Shown: positions 8,615 to 17,955, numbered from the stretch's first letter. The stretch is 64,000 nt of DNA from an uncultured Clostridia bacterium (GCA_944363395.1 CALVUC010000002.1:11798-75797), one strand, 5' to 3'. A program made the numbers and translations. The notes: generated from the letters alone by a model not told the origin.

Positions 8615-11600
8615 TCATGCCAGGCTGATGCGGTCGGATACCGAGCGGACGAACAGCCCCTTCTCCTCGCCGTACGAGACGCAGTCGCGCAGGAAGGACT
8701 GAAATTTCTCATCCGGCTTGACATCGGGACAGACGCCCGTGACGAGCGCCGAGACCTCGTCCATGTACAGCGAGACGCGCTCCTCGAGCGCCGCCTTGAT
8801 GAAGGAGACGATCTCATAGACGGTGAAGTCCTCGCTGCTCTTCCTGAGCGCGGGCGCCTCTTCCACGCGGAACTTGCCGACGAGAACGGCGCGCGGGTTC
8901 TTATAGAAGTAGTCCGTCCCCATCACGCGGTCGCGGCGCATTCCGCAGCCGTCGATGAGGGAATCGAGGCGGCTCTCCACCTTGCTGCCGCTCTTCTGGA
9001 TGCCGAAGGTCGCCAGCACCCGCTTTTTCAGGAAGGCACGGGAAATGGGCTCCTCGGCGGCGACGATCTCCTTGATGCGCGCCATGACGGCGGCGTCGTT
9101 CTCGCCCGAGGTGATATAGGACGCGAGCTCCGTTCCCGTCGCCTTGACCGCCTTGTAGGGGCGCGACCACTTGGCGATCCAGCTCCCCGGCTTGTGATCG
9201 GCGCCCGTGAGACGGTCGAGGATATCCTTGATGCGCTTGATCTCCCGCTTTGGATTGTTGTAATAGTTGACGCTGTTGATGCGCAGCACGTTCCAGTTGC
9301 CGCGCTTGAGCGACTGCACCTGCAAAATGTTCCTGTCCTTGACGGAGAACTGATCGGTGCCGTCGCACAGCACGCCCAGCACGAAACGGTGTTTGTTCGC
9401 GGGGTCGACGACGGCGACGTCCACCTTGAAATCGGACGCGCCCACGTCGTAGCGGCACTCATAGCCGTATGCGGAGAGCTCCTCGGCGATGTACTTGCCG
9501 ATGCCTGTCCCCGTGCGCACGGACGCAGAAGGCGCAGCCAGCGTCGTCCTGCCCTTTTCGGCAAATTCGAGGAACGCCTTGAGCCCCGCGACGCCCTTGG
9601 AGGAGGTCTTGGCGAGGTCGATCATGGGCGAAGTCATCGTGGAAAAGACGAGCATCTCCTCCCTTGCGCGCGAGACGGCGACGTTGAGACGCCGCCAGCC
9701 GCCCGCCTGATTGAGCGGTCCGAAGTTGAGCGAGACGCGCCCGGAGGCGTCGGGACCGTAGCACACCGAGAACAGGATGACGTCGCGCTCGTCGCCCTGC
9801 ACGTTCTCGAGGTTTTTGACGAACACGGGCTCTTCCCTGTCATAGGCGACGGTCTCCAGCCGCTTTGAGACGATCTCCTTGCTCAGGAGCCGTTCGATAT
9901 ACTCGCACTGCGCCGTGGAGAAGGTGACGACGCCGATGCTCGACTTGGAGAGCACGGGATCGGAGAGCCTGCGCACGACCTCGGCGACGAGCGCCTCCGC
10001 CTCCTTGGCATTGCGCTTGGTGAAGCCCCTGTCATACACGCCGTTCACGAGCATGAGCCGCACCTTGCTGTCCATCGCGTCGGGCGAGGGGAAGGTGCAG
10101 AGGCGGTTGTCATAATACATACTGTTGGAGAAGGCGATGAGGCTCTCGTGCTTGCTGCGGTAGTGCCAGATGAGGTGGCGTTCGGGCATCCCGAGCGCGA
10201 GGCAGTCGTCGAGCACGCTTTCGAGATCCTCGTTTTCGAGGTTCTCCTCGTCCACATACGCCGAACGGAAGAAGGCGGTGGGCGGGAGCTGTTTGGGGTC
10301 GCCCACGACGATCGCCGCCTTGGCGCGCGCAATGGAGCCGACCGCCTCCGCCGTAGACATCTGCGAAGCCTCGTCGAAGATGACGAGATCGAAGATATCC
10401 GCCTCGGGACGCAGGTACTGCGCGACGGTGGTCGGGCTCATCAGCATACACGGGCAGAGCACGCCCATGAGCGTGGGGATCTCGGCGAACAGCCCGCGCA
10501 GCCCCGAGCCGCGCAGATTGCTCTTGGACAGACGGGTGTAGGCGTTCAGTTCCACCGAGAGGCTCCCCTCCCCGTCCGAAGGCAGGCGGGAGACGAGCTC
10601 CGCGCGCAGATGATCGCGCGTGAGGCGGGTGAACTCCTCCCATGCGATGCGGAATTTTTCGATGGTCTCCTCGAGCGTGCCGACCGTCATGCGGGAGAGC
10701 GCGGGATCGGCGGGGATGTTGATCTCGAGGAAGTTGCGGTAGACGTTCTTTTCAAAGCCCGCAAGAACGTTGTCCGTGCGGAACCTGCCGCTCTCCAGCG
10801 CTTCGGTGATGAAATTGAGCCCGCTCTCGGCGAGCGTCGCCGCCGTCTTGCGGTACATACACCAATTGGGGAGCATATCGATATTGTCGATGAGGGCGCT
10901 CGCCTTGGCGGAAAAGTAATCGAGAACGTCCTCGTCCCGCAGCTTGGAGCGGTCGGCGTTCGTGATGCCCAAAAAGGCGTCCTGCGCGTGGAAATAGCTC
11001 TCCGCCGCCTTTAAGTACCCCTCGAGGACGGGCTTTGTATAGCCGCTCGTCGCGCGGATGCACATCCCGTTGAAGGCGTCCGGATTGTAGTCCATAAACA
11101 CGTCCGCGGCGCGCGCGTGCAGGTCCTTGAGATCGGACAGGAACTCCGCCCGCTTTTTGAAGTTGATGCGCCCCGCGCGGTCGGTGAAGGCGCGCGAGAG
11201 CGCGGTGTTCGCCGTGATGCGCGCCATCGCGTCATAGATATCGATGAGGGTGCGCAGATATTTGGGGACGTCCTTGCTTTCGACGGTGTGATAGCAGGCG
11301 CGTTCCAGCTTTTTGACGATGCCGCGCATGGTGCGGTTGAGCCGCCAGTCCCCCGACGTCTCGACAAAGCGGCGCAGCTCTTCGAGATCGCGGTCGGGGT
11401 CGACGAGCGTCCTGAAATGCTTGTTGTAGTATTCGAGACAGGCGTCGAGGCGCTTGTCCGCATTGTAGAAGGTGTAGAACTGCGCCTCGTCCACGCCCGC
11501 AAAGTACTTGTCGTACGCGCCCTCTGCCATGCGGCGGGCGAGCTCGGAGAGCGCGCGCACCTTGCGCAGCGTGAGCGTGGAGATCTTCTGCCTGTAAAAT

Positions 11601-14227
11601 TCCAGAAAGAGCGCAAGGAACGCCTTCAGGTGCCTGATCTCGGCGAGCATGACTTCACACGCGCAGAACACCTTGTCGCGCAGCGCCTGCGAATAGGCGG
11701 TGAGGTTGACGTTCTCGAAGGGAGAGTTCTTCACCCCGCCGCACTCCTTCGCCGCCGCGGCGGCGGAGAGGATCATGCGCTTGCATTCGTAGAGCTTGCT
11801 CTCGGTGAGCGAATCGTAGAACGAACTCTCGATATCGAGGATGTCGGGCGCGTTTTTGTTCTGCAGATACAAGAGGATCGCCTGATAGACGGAAATGCCC
11901 AGCCGCCGCTTCTTGTGCAGGGCGCGCATGGGCGCGCTGAGTTCCTCGCGCATGGCGACGAGTTCCTTGGCGCGTTCGGAAAAGCCCGTCACGTCCTCCG
12001 CTTTCGCGAGCGCGAGGGTGTTGTCGAGGCGGCGCAGCACGTCCGCCTTGTCCGTCTTGTTGGAATGCAGTTCCAGGCAGAATTCGCCGATGCCGACCAC
12101 GTCGAGCCGCTTTTTGACGACGTCGAGCGCCGCCTTCTTTTCGGCGACGAACAGGACGCGCTTGCCGTCCGAGAGGGCGTTGGCGATGATATTGGTGATG
12201 GTCTGGCTCTTGCCCGTCCCGGGCGGGCCGTGCAGCACGAAACTCGCGCCCGCCGCCGAGAGCGCGACCGCGGAATACTGGGAACTGTCCGAAGGCAGGG
12301 GCAGCAGCACCGCGGCGGGATCGGCGTCGTCCTCCTCCGCGGGCGCGGGGACGTCCGCGCGTTCCATGCGGTTGTTCATGAGCGCCGCGACGACCTTGTT
12401 CTTGGAGAGCGCCCCGATATGACTGCGGATATCGTTCCACATGAGATAGCGCTGGAAGGAGAACGCCGCGAGATATACGTCGCTCACGACGTCCCAGCCC
12501 TTCATGTTCGCCGTCTCGGCGCGCACCATCGCAAGGATCTCGGCAATCTTCAGCGCGCCGACGTCCCCGCCCAGGCCGCGGACGTCGATGTTGAACTCCT
12601 GCTTCAGATATTCGAGCAGGGTGGAATTGACGAAATAGCCGTCGTCCTGCGAGAGGCTGACGGAGAAGTCCTCGTTGCCCTTGGCGCGCGCGACGGCGGC
12701 GGGCGCGAGGACGAGGGGCGCGTTGCGCGTCACGCCGTCCGACGAGACATAGCGCAGGAACCCGAAGGCGAGGTACAAGATCTTGGCGCCCGTCTCCTCC
12801 TCCGCCTCGCGGTTGCGGCGCAGCAGTTTTGCCGCCGTCTCGACGGTGGTCTTGTTGTCGTTATAGGCGCGCAGGATGCCCTTCTGCTGTTCCAGGAGCA
12901 CGAGTTCCTTGCGCTGACCGGGAAGTTCGACGCCGAACGTGACGGGATCCTGCGCCATCTTCTCGCCCGTGAGCCGCATCTTCCCCTTTTCGAGCAGAAC
13001 GCCGTAGAGAGGATCGGCGCCCGCGCTGTAAATATGCAGGGCATTCTTGCCCGTAAAGCTCAGAAGCGCGTTCTTGGTCGTAAGGTCGAGCAGTCTGCGT
13101 TCCCACTGCTTGTTCTTGGGCTGTTTGACGTCCAGCTTGAGGCTGCGGAAGGACGGGATGGGCGCGGGCGCCGCATCGGAGGACATCTCCTCCTCCTTTA
13201 ACAGCTCATACCCCTTGACGCCCTTGCCGCGCAGCGGGCAGGGGCGCACGCCGTCCATGCGGCAGCGGCGGATATCGACGAAATACTCGTACATCCCGCC
13301 CGAAAGTTTCTGGCGGAAGTGCTTTTCCGAGGGCGTGAACGCCGCGTTGGATGCGGAAAAGAGGTCCTCCACGTCAAAAAAGGACAGGTTGTTGATGCCC
13401 TCGGAGACATACTTGGAGACGATGTCCGCATCGTCCGTGACGGGATCGAGGAAACAGCTCTCGTACAGCCACAGCCCGACGGCGACGCCGCTTTTTCCGA
13501 CGGCAAGCACGGGATTGAGGTGCGCCTCTTCGAGACAGGCGGCGGCGAACGTCGCAAGTTCGAGGGCGGTCGCTTTGCGCTCTTTGAGGATGGAGCCGGG
13601 GCGCGCCGCGCGCACAGGCGCGGAGAGGTCGCACGTCCCCTCCTGTTCGGGAGAATACCCCTTGATCGCGGCAAAGATGGCGGCGGCGATCTCGCGCACG
13701 CCGTTCTTGTCCGTACCCGTATAGCCGTCCACTTCGCCGCTCTTTTCCCAGCGCTTCAGCCGCTTGCCCGCCTCCGCGAGCACCGCGGCGCAGTCCCCGA
13801 GTCGGGGACGGACGAAGGCGGCGAGGCGCTCGGCATTGCCCGAAAGCCCCTCCCACCAGTCGTAGGGCAGCGCCGTGACGGTCAGCTCCTGCGTGGCGAC
13901 CGTCCTGCCGTCCAGCTTTGCCGCGACCAGAACGGGGCAGGGGCGCAGTCCGTCGTTCTCCGCCAGAAACAGCGGGGAGAAAATGCGCTCCGCGGCGAGC
14001 TGCACGGCGCTCTCGAAGGGGACTTCGGCGCGCGCCTCGTACGGCACGAGCAGCCCGCTCTCGCAGGAGATGGAGACGGTCAGCGAGACCGCTTCCGTAA
14101 AATCGTTGCGCACCTGCACGGTGACGGGCGTTGCAAGGAAGTAGTCCGCATAGCCCACATATTCGGGGAAGCGCGCCTCCAGCGTGAAATTCTTTTTATC
14201 GGTCGCCTTCGTTCGTTTTGCTGCCAT
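8615..14227 (-). CDS. 1870-aa SF1 (Upf1-like) helicase with N-terminal unknown region, DUF4011-like segment, REase-like (DUF559/Vsr-like) domain and DUF3320-like C-terminus
   Basis: AAGGAG RBS. Walker A LHGPPGTGKSQT (nt 12206..12229), DLVIFDEASQM, VVGDPKQLPPT, HYRSKHESLI, QGDERDVILFS, RLNVAVSRAREEM. FKVDVAVVDP...VLGVLCDGTDQF endonuclease-like motif (about 9230..9469). LLDLTTKNALLSF and ILYLAFGFLRY are DUF4011-type motifs. Confidence 0.85.
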   Translation of the reverse strand: MAAKRTKATDKKNFTLEARFPEYVGYADYFLATPVTVQVRNDFTEAVSLTVSISCESGLLVPYEARAEVPFESAVQLAAERIFSPLFLAENDGLRPCPVLVAAKLDGRTVATQELTVTALPYDWWEGLSGNAERLAAFVRPRLGDCAAVLAEAGKRLKRWEKSGEVDGYTGTDKNGVREIAAAIFAAIKGYSPEQEGTCDLSAPVRAARPGSILKERKATALELATFAAACLEEAHLNPVLAVGKSGVAVGLWLYESCFLDPVTDDADIVSKYVSEGINNLSFFDVEDLFSASNAAFTPSEKHFRQKLSGGMYEYFVDIRRCRMDGVRPCPLRGKGVKGYELLKEEEMSSDAAPAPIPSFRSLKLDVKQPKNKQWERRLLDLTTKNALLSFTGKNALHIYSAGADPLYGVLLEKGKMRLTGEKMAQDPVTFGVELPGQRKELVLLEQQKGILRAYNDNKTTVETAAKLLRRNREAEEETGAKILYLAFGFLRYVSSDGVTRNAPLVLAPAAVARAKGNEDFSVSLSQDDGYFVNSTLLEYLKQEFNIDVRGLGGDVGALKIAEILAMVRAETANMKGWDVVSDVYLAAFSFQRYLMWNDIRSHIGALSKNKVVAALMNNRMERADVPAPAEEDDADPAAVLLPLPSDSSQYSAVALSAAGASFVLHGPPGTGKSQTITNIIANALSDGKRVLFVAEKKAALDVVKKRLDVVGIGEFCLELHSNKTDKADVLRRLDNTLALAKAEDVTGFSERAKELVAMREELSAPMRALHKKRRLGISVYQAILLYLQNKNAPDILDIESSFYDSLTESKLYECKRMILSAAAAAKECGGVKNSPFENVNLTAYSQALRDKVFCACEVMLAEIRHLKAFLALFLEFYRQKISTLTLRKVRALSELARRMAEGAYDKYFAGVDEAQFYTFYNADKRLDACLEYYNKHFRTLVDPDRDLEELRRFVETSGDWRLNRTMRGIVKKLERACYHTVESKDVPKYLRTLIDIYDAMARITANTALSRAFTDRAGRINFKKRAEFLSDLKDLHARAADVFMDYNPDAFNGMCIRATSGYTKPVLEGYLKAAESYFHAQDAFLGITNADRSKLRDEDVLDYFSAKASALIDNIDMLPNWCMYRKTAATLAESGLNFITEALESGRFRTDNVLAGFEKNVYRNFLEINIPADPALSRMTVGTLEETIEKFRIAWEEFTRLTRDHLRAELVSRLPSDGEGSLSVELNAYTRLSKSNLRGSGLRGLFAEIPTLMGVLCPCMLMSPTTVAQYLRPEADIFDLVIFDEASQMSTAEAVGSIARAKAAIVVGDPKQLPPTAFFRSAYVDEENLENEDLESVLDDCLALGMPERHLIWHYRSKHESLIAFSNSMYYDNRLCTFPSPDAMDSKVRLMLVNGVYDRGFTKRNAKEAEALVAEVVRRLSDPVLSKSSIGVVTFSTAQCEYIERLLSKEIVSKRLETVAYDREEPVFVKNLENVQGDERDVILFSVCYGPDASGRVSLNFGPLNQAGGWRRLNVAVSRAREEMLVFSTMTSPMIDLAKTSSKGVAGLKAFLEFAEKGRTTLAAPSASVRTGTGIGKYIAEELSAYGYECRYDVGASDFKVDVAVVDPANKHRFVLGVLCDGTDQFSVKDRNILQVQSLKRGNWNVLRINSVNYYNNPKREIKRIKDILDRLTGADHKPGSWIAKWSRPYKAVKATGTELASYITSGENDAAVMARIKEIVAAEEPISRAFLKKRVLATFGIQKSGSKVESRLDSLIDGCGMRRDRVMGTDYFYKNPRAVLVGKFRVEEAPALRKSSEDFTVYEIVSFIKAALEERVSLYMDEVSALVTGVCPDVKPDEKFQSFLRDCVSYGEEKGLFVRSVSDRISLA

Positions 14228-14278
14228 GTCCGCTCCTTTGGTCTGTACCTTTCGTTCATAAAACGTCTGTTCTTATCT

Positions 14279-14307
14279 ATTATAGCAGACCTTGCCGAAA
14301 TTGACAA
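14279..14307 (-). promoter_or_regulatory. sigma-70-type promoter of the helicase gene
   Basis: Minus strand reads TTGTCA-17 nt-TATAAT. One copy of the TTGCCGAAATT direct repeat overlaps the spacer. Confidence 0.55.
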
Positions 14308-14354
14308 CCCCTGCCGCAAAGGTTGCCGAAATTTGTGATAAAATCGCCGCAATC

Positions 14355-14378
14355 AAAAAAGCGCGCCGCAGCGCGCCG
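14355..14378 (-). terminator. Rho-independent terminator of yraN
   Basis: gcgcgc-cgca-gcgcgc preceded by A6 on the plus strand. Confidence 0.65.
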
Positions 14379-14382
14379 ACGT

Positions 14383-14742
14383 TCAGATGAATGCGCCCTC
14401 GAAGTATTCGAGCTCCCCTTCGAGAACGGACGCCACGTCGTAGCGGACGGGGACTTCCCGCCGCTTGCTCGCACAGAAAAAGCGCGCGATCAGGCGGTAA
14501 CGCTCCTGCTTGGCGCGCGTGACCGCCTCCGACGGGAGCGCAAGGATGTCGCCCGCGCGCGTCTTGACCTCGACGAAGCAGTACGTCCCCTTGTAAAAGG
14601 CGACGATGTCCGCTTCGCCGAAGGGCGTCTTATAGTTGCGCGCAACGATGCGGTAGCCGCGCCGCTTCAGGAATTTGCAGACGAGGGTCTCTCCCTTCCG
14701 TCCCAGAATTTTGTTACGAAGGTCCTGCGATGGATCGGGCAT
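14383..14742 (-). CDS. yraN: YraN-family (UPF0102) endonuclease-like protein
   Basis: 119 aa. GRKGETLVCKFLKRRGYRIVARNYKTPFGEADIVAF...CFVEVKTR is the YraN pattern. Overlaps the 3' end of rnhB by 76 nt. Confidence 0.85.
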   Translation of the reverse strand: MPDPSQDLRNKILGRKGETLVCKFLKRRGYRIVARNYKTPFGEADIVAFYKGTYCFVEVKTRAGDILALPSEAVTRAKQERYRLIARFFCASKRREVPVRYDVASVLEGELEYFEGAFI

Positions 14743-15302
14743 ATCCCCACCTCCCGGATCGCCTGTATGTGTTCTTTGGTGCCGTATCCCGCGTTGCGCT
14801 CAAAGCCGTATCCGGGATACGCCGCCGCATAGTCCGCCATGAGCGCGTCACGGTACACCTTTGCAAGGATGCTCGCCGCGCCGATGGAATAGACGCGCGC
14901 GTCCCCCTTGACGATGCTGCGCTGCGGGAAGGCGATGTCCAGCGTCATGTTGCCGTCCGTGAGCACCATGTCGGGCGGGGGCGAGAGCCGCTCCACGGCG
15001 CGCTTCATCCCCAGCCGCGTCGCCTGCAGGATATTGACCGCGTCGATGGTCGCGGCGTCCACCTCGCACAGGGCGTAGGCGAGCGCCCGTTCGCGGAGGA
15101 GCGCGGCGAGCTGCTCCCGCTTTTTTTTGGAGAGCTTCTTGCTGTCATCCACGCCCGGGACGCGCAGCGCCTCGTCGAGCGGCAGGATGACCGCCGCGCA
15201 GACGACGGGACCTGCCAGCGGACCGCGCCCCACTTCGTCCACGCCCGCGACGGCGCAAAACCCGCGCGCGGCGTATTCGCGCTCGAGGACGGGACTATCC
15301 AT
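14667..15302 (-). CDS. rnhB: ribonuclease HII
   Basis: ORF trimmed to ATG 15302 (MDSPVLEREY...). AGVDEVGRGPLAGPV catalytic motif, DSKKLS, ASILAK. Confidence 0.93.
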   Translation of the reverse strand: MDSPVLEREYAARGFCAVAGVDEVGRGPLAGPVVCAAVILPLDEALRVPGVDDSKKLSKKKREQLAALLRERALAYALCEVDAATIDAVNILQATRLGMKRAVERLSPPPDMVLTDGNMTLDIAFPQRSIVKGDARVYSIGAASILAKVYRDALMADYAAAYPGYGFERNAGYGTKEHIQAIREVGICPIHRRTFVTKFWDGRERPSSANS

Positions 15303-16158
15303 CGATGAGCCCCGCCGCAATGAGGTCGTCCGTGCCGTCGAGGCACACCCTGCCCAGCCTGCCCTTACGGAAATCGTCCAAAAGCGCGTTCGCGCCGCGC
15401 CCGTAGTCGTATTCCCCGCCGCGCAGCACAAAGCCGCGGCGCCTGCAAAGCGTCTCGTACATCGCGAGCGGCGCGCCCCCCTCGATGCCGTAGCGCTCCG
15501 TCAGGGACGCGGGGTACTTCTCCCACAGCTCTTCGAGCAGGGCAAGGGCGACTTCCTCCTTGTCGAGGATGTCGTCGTTGACGCTCCCAAGAAAGGCGAG
15601 GCGGCGCGCCATGCGCTGATCGGTGAGCGCGGGGGGCATGGTGCCGGGGGTATCCATGAGTTCAAACGCCCCGCAGCGCACCCACTGTTTGGTGCGCGTG
15701 ACGCCCGCCTTGTCCCCCACCTGCGCCTTCTTCCCGCCCGCGAGGAGATTGATCACCGTGCTCTTGCCCGTATTGGGGATGCCCGCGACCAGGAAACGGA
15801 CGGGCTTTGCGACGCCCTTTTCCGCATAGCGGGCACGTTTTTGCGCCGTGAGCGCCTCCATCGCCCCCTGCAGGGGACGCAGCGAGGAGGGCGCGCAGGC
15901 GTTGAGTTTGATCGCCGCCTTCCCCGCCGCCTGCATGGCGGCGAGCGCCCTGTCCGCCCCGCCGTCGGCGAGGTCGGCTTTGCCCAAAAGATATAAAACG
16001 GGCCTTGCCCCCGCGAGTCCGGCAAGGCGGGGGTTATAGCAGGACGCGGGCGCGCGGGCGTCGAGCACATACAGGACGGCGTCGCACAGCGTGAGATTTT
16101 CTTCCATCATGCGCATGGCTTTCGCCATGTGACCGGGAAACCATTGGATGGTCTTCAT
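15295..16158 (-). CDS. rbgA: ribosome biogenesis GTPase A (YlqF/RbgA)
   Basis: ORF 15295..16905 trimmed to ATG 16158. MKTIQWFPGHMAKA signature, circularly permuted GTPase motifs (LGKADL ... GIPNTGKST). Confidence 0.93.
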   Translation of the reverse strand: MKTIQWFPGHMAKAMRMMEENLTLCDAVLYVLDARAPASCYNPRLAGLAGARPVLYLLGKADLADGGADRALAAMQAAGKAAIKLNACAPSSLRPLQGAMEALTAQKRARYAEKGVAKPVRFLVAGIPNTGKSTVINLLAGGKKAQVGDKAGVTRTKQWVRCGAFELMDTPGTMPPALTDQRMARRLAFLGSVNDDILDKEEVALALLEELWEKYPASLTERYGIEGGAPLAMYETLCRRRGFVLRGGEYDYGRGANALLDDFRKGRLGRVCLDGTDDLIAAGLIDG

Positions 16159-16820
16159 TGCAGCAGATCGGGGCGGTTCTTTTTGGTGAGGGCGACCGCC
16201 TGTTCCCTGCGCCATTTGTCGATCTCGGCGTGGTTGCCGCTCCTTAAGACCTCCGGCACGCGCAGGCCGCGGTATTCGACGGGGCGGGTATACTGGGGAT
16301 ATTCGAGCAAATTCTCGGAAAAGCTCTCCTGCACGAGCGAAGCGGGCGAGAGCACGCCGTCCACATAGCGGGCGACGCAGTCGATGACGACCATCGCGGG
16401 CAGCTCGCCGCCCGTCAGGACATAGTCGCCGATGGAGAGTTCCTCGTCGATGAACAGGTCGATGGCGCGCTGATCGACGCCCTCGTAATGCCCGCACAGC
16501 AGGACGAGCTCCTCCTCGGCGGCGAGTTCGAACACCTTCTGCTGGCAGAGCGTCCTGCCCTTGGGCGAAAGATAGATCCTGCGCGCCCTGTGCGCGGGAT
16601 CGACGGCTTCGACCGCGCTGCCGACGGGCTGCGCCATCATGACCATGCCCGCGCCGCCGCCGAAGGGATAGTCGTCGCACTTGAGATGTTTGTCCTCGGT
16701 ATAGTCGCGGATGTTGACGATATGCAGTTCCAGCTTCCCCTCCTTCTGCGCCCTGCCGAGGATGCTCGCCGAGAGCGCCGAAAACATTTCGGGGAAGAGG
16801 GTGAGTACGGTGATCTTCAA
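16155..16820 (-). CDS. trmD: tRNA (guanine37-N1)-methyltransferase
   Basis: 221 aa. MKITVLTLFPEMF..., DDYPFGGGAGMVM, GHYEGVDQR motifs. Start/stop overlaps with both neighbours. Confidence 0.96.
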   Translation of the reverse strand: MKITVLTLFPEMFSALSASILGRAQKEGKLELHIVNIRDYTEDKHLKCDDYPFGGGAGMVMMAQPVGSAVEAVDPAHRARRIYLSPKGRTLCQQKVFELAAEEELVLLCGHYEGVDQRAIDLFIDEELSIGDYVLTGGELPAMVVIDCVARYVDGVLSPASLVQESFSENLLEYPQYTRPVEYRGLRVPEVLRSGNHAEIDKWRREQAVALTKKNRPDLLQ

Positions 16821-17317
16821 AGGACTGCCACCTCAAAAAAGCGTTTCTTGTCCACGGTGATGGTGCCGGAGGCGACGTCCACCGCCGTGACGACCCCGTC
16901 CGCAACGGGGAAGAGCACCTCGCGGTCGCCGTCGTTGAGCGTATAGATGTCCGTCGCCGCCTGCCTGACGTCCGTGAGCGTGCCGAGCACCGTCCCCTCC
17001 TCGGTGACGATCCTGCAGCCCAGAAGATCGGCGATGTAATACCTGCCCTCTTCGGGTGCGGGCGCCTCCGAACGGGGGATGGCGATGCGCTTGCCGCGCA
17101 AAAGTTCGGCGGCGTTGCGGTCGGCGACGCCCTTCAGTCCCAAAAACACCGTTCCCGCGCCCGTGCGCACCGAGATGACCTTATATTCCGTCCCATCCAG
17201 AAAGACGCGCGAAAAGGCGTGAAAGTCCTCCGCGTCGTCCGTAAAGGGCTTCACTTTGAGTTCGCCGCGGATGCCCTGCGGCTTCAGAACTTCTCCCACG
17301 ATGAGCGTATCCGTCAT
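16817..17317 (-). CDS. rimM: 16S rRNA processing protein RimM
   Basis: ORF trimmed to ATG 17317 behind GGAGGA. IVGEVLKPQGIRGELKVKPFTD... plus a PRC-barrel-like C-terminus. Confidence 0.9.
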   Translation of the reverse strand: MTDTLIVGEVLKPQGIRGELKVKPFTDDAEDFHAFSRVFLDGTEYKVISVRTGAGTVFLGLKGVADRNAAELLRGKRIAIPRSEAPAPEEGRYYIADLLGCRIVTEEGTVLGTLTDVRQAATDIYTLNDGDREVLFPVADGVVTAVDVASGTITVDKKRFFEVAVL

Positions 17318-17946
17318 GCCTGTCCTCCGAACAGCGCAAGCACCGCCTTCCGCACGTTTGCCTGCGTCTTTTCCTTTTCCTCCTCGCTCCTGACGACGAC
17401 GAGATGCTCGCGCTCGCCGAAGCGCTCGAAGAGCCGATAGTAGTTGTCGCGGATGGCGCGCTGTTTTTCCGCCGTCTCGTAGCGCTCCGTCTCGCCGCGG
17501 CGGGAGACCCTGCGCATACTCTCTTCGGGCGGGACGTCCAGAAAGACGGTGAGATCGGGGCGGATGAGTTCCATCGCGGGGCGGTTGAGTTCGATGACCC
17601 ACTCGAGCGGCACAAAGCCGCCGTTGTAGGCAAAGGACGAGAGATAAAACCTGTCGCACAGTACGCTGACGCCCGCCTCCAGCGTCTTGACGATGCCGTT
17701 GACGGTGTTGGAGATATGATCGAGGCGGTCTGCGGCGAACAGCGCCGCGATGGCGCGCTCGTCCGTCTCCACGCGCCCCGTGAGACAGGAGCGCAGCAGC
17801 GCCCCGAAGGGGGAGTCGGTGGGTTCGTGCGTCAGGACGCAGGGGATGCCCCTGCCGCGCAGGAACTTCCCCGCCATCTTCATCTGCGTGGACTTGCCGC
17901 TGCCGTCCGTCCCCTCGAATACGATAAATTTTCCTCTTTCTGCCAT
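17314..17946 (-). CDS. tmk: dTMP (thymidylate) kinase
   Basis: ORF trimmed to ATG 17946. MAERGKFIVFEGTDGSGKSTQ P-loop, DRF/DRY motif. Confidence 0.93.
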   Translation of the reverse strand: MAERGKFIVFEGTDGSGKSTQMKMAGKFLRGRGIPCVLTHEPTDSPFGALLRSCLTGRVETDERAIAALFAADRLDHISNTVNGIVKTLEAGVSVLCDRFYLSSFAYNGGFVPLEWVIELNRPAMELIRPDLTVFLDVPPEESMRRVSRRGETERYETAEKQRAIRDNYYRLFERFGEREHLVVVRSEEEKEKTQANVRKAVLALFGGQA

Positions 17947-17955
17947 GATAGAGAC

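Noticed and set aside
8615-14227. The helicase gene as part of a mobile defence island.
   Set aside because: I see no integrase, transposase, tRNA, flanking direct repeats or compositional shift by eye. The flanks are trkAH and rnhB/yraN housekeeping genes. A defence role is therefore left as a hypothesis only.
15295-16905. 536-aa ORF that seems to fuse rbgA with upstream sequence. Similar 5' extensions occur in ORFs 3373..6510, 7065..8618, 14667..15431, 16817..17659, 17314..18036, 22281..26183, 28538..29425, 33118..33801, 33833..35071 and 40069..40794.
   Set aside because: The extensions are Arg/Pro-rich, overlap upstream genes or terminators, and precede internal starts that have strong RBS and canonical family N-termini. 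I trimmed each to the internal start.
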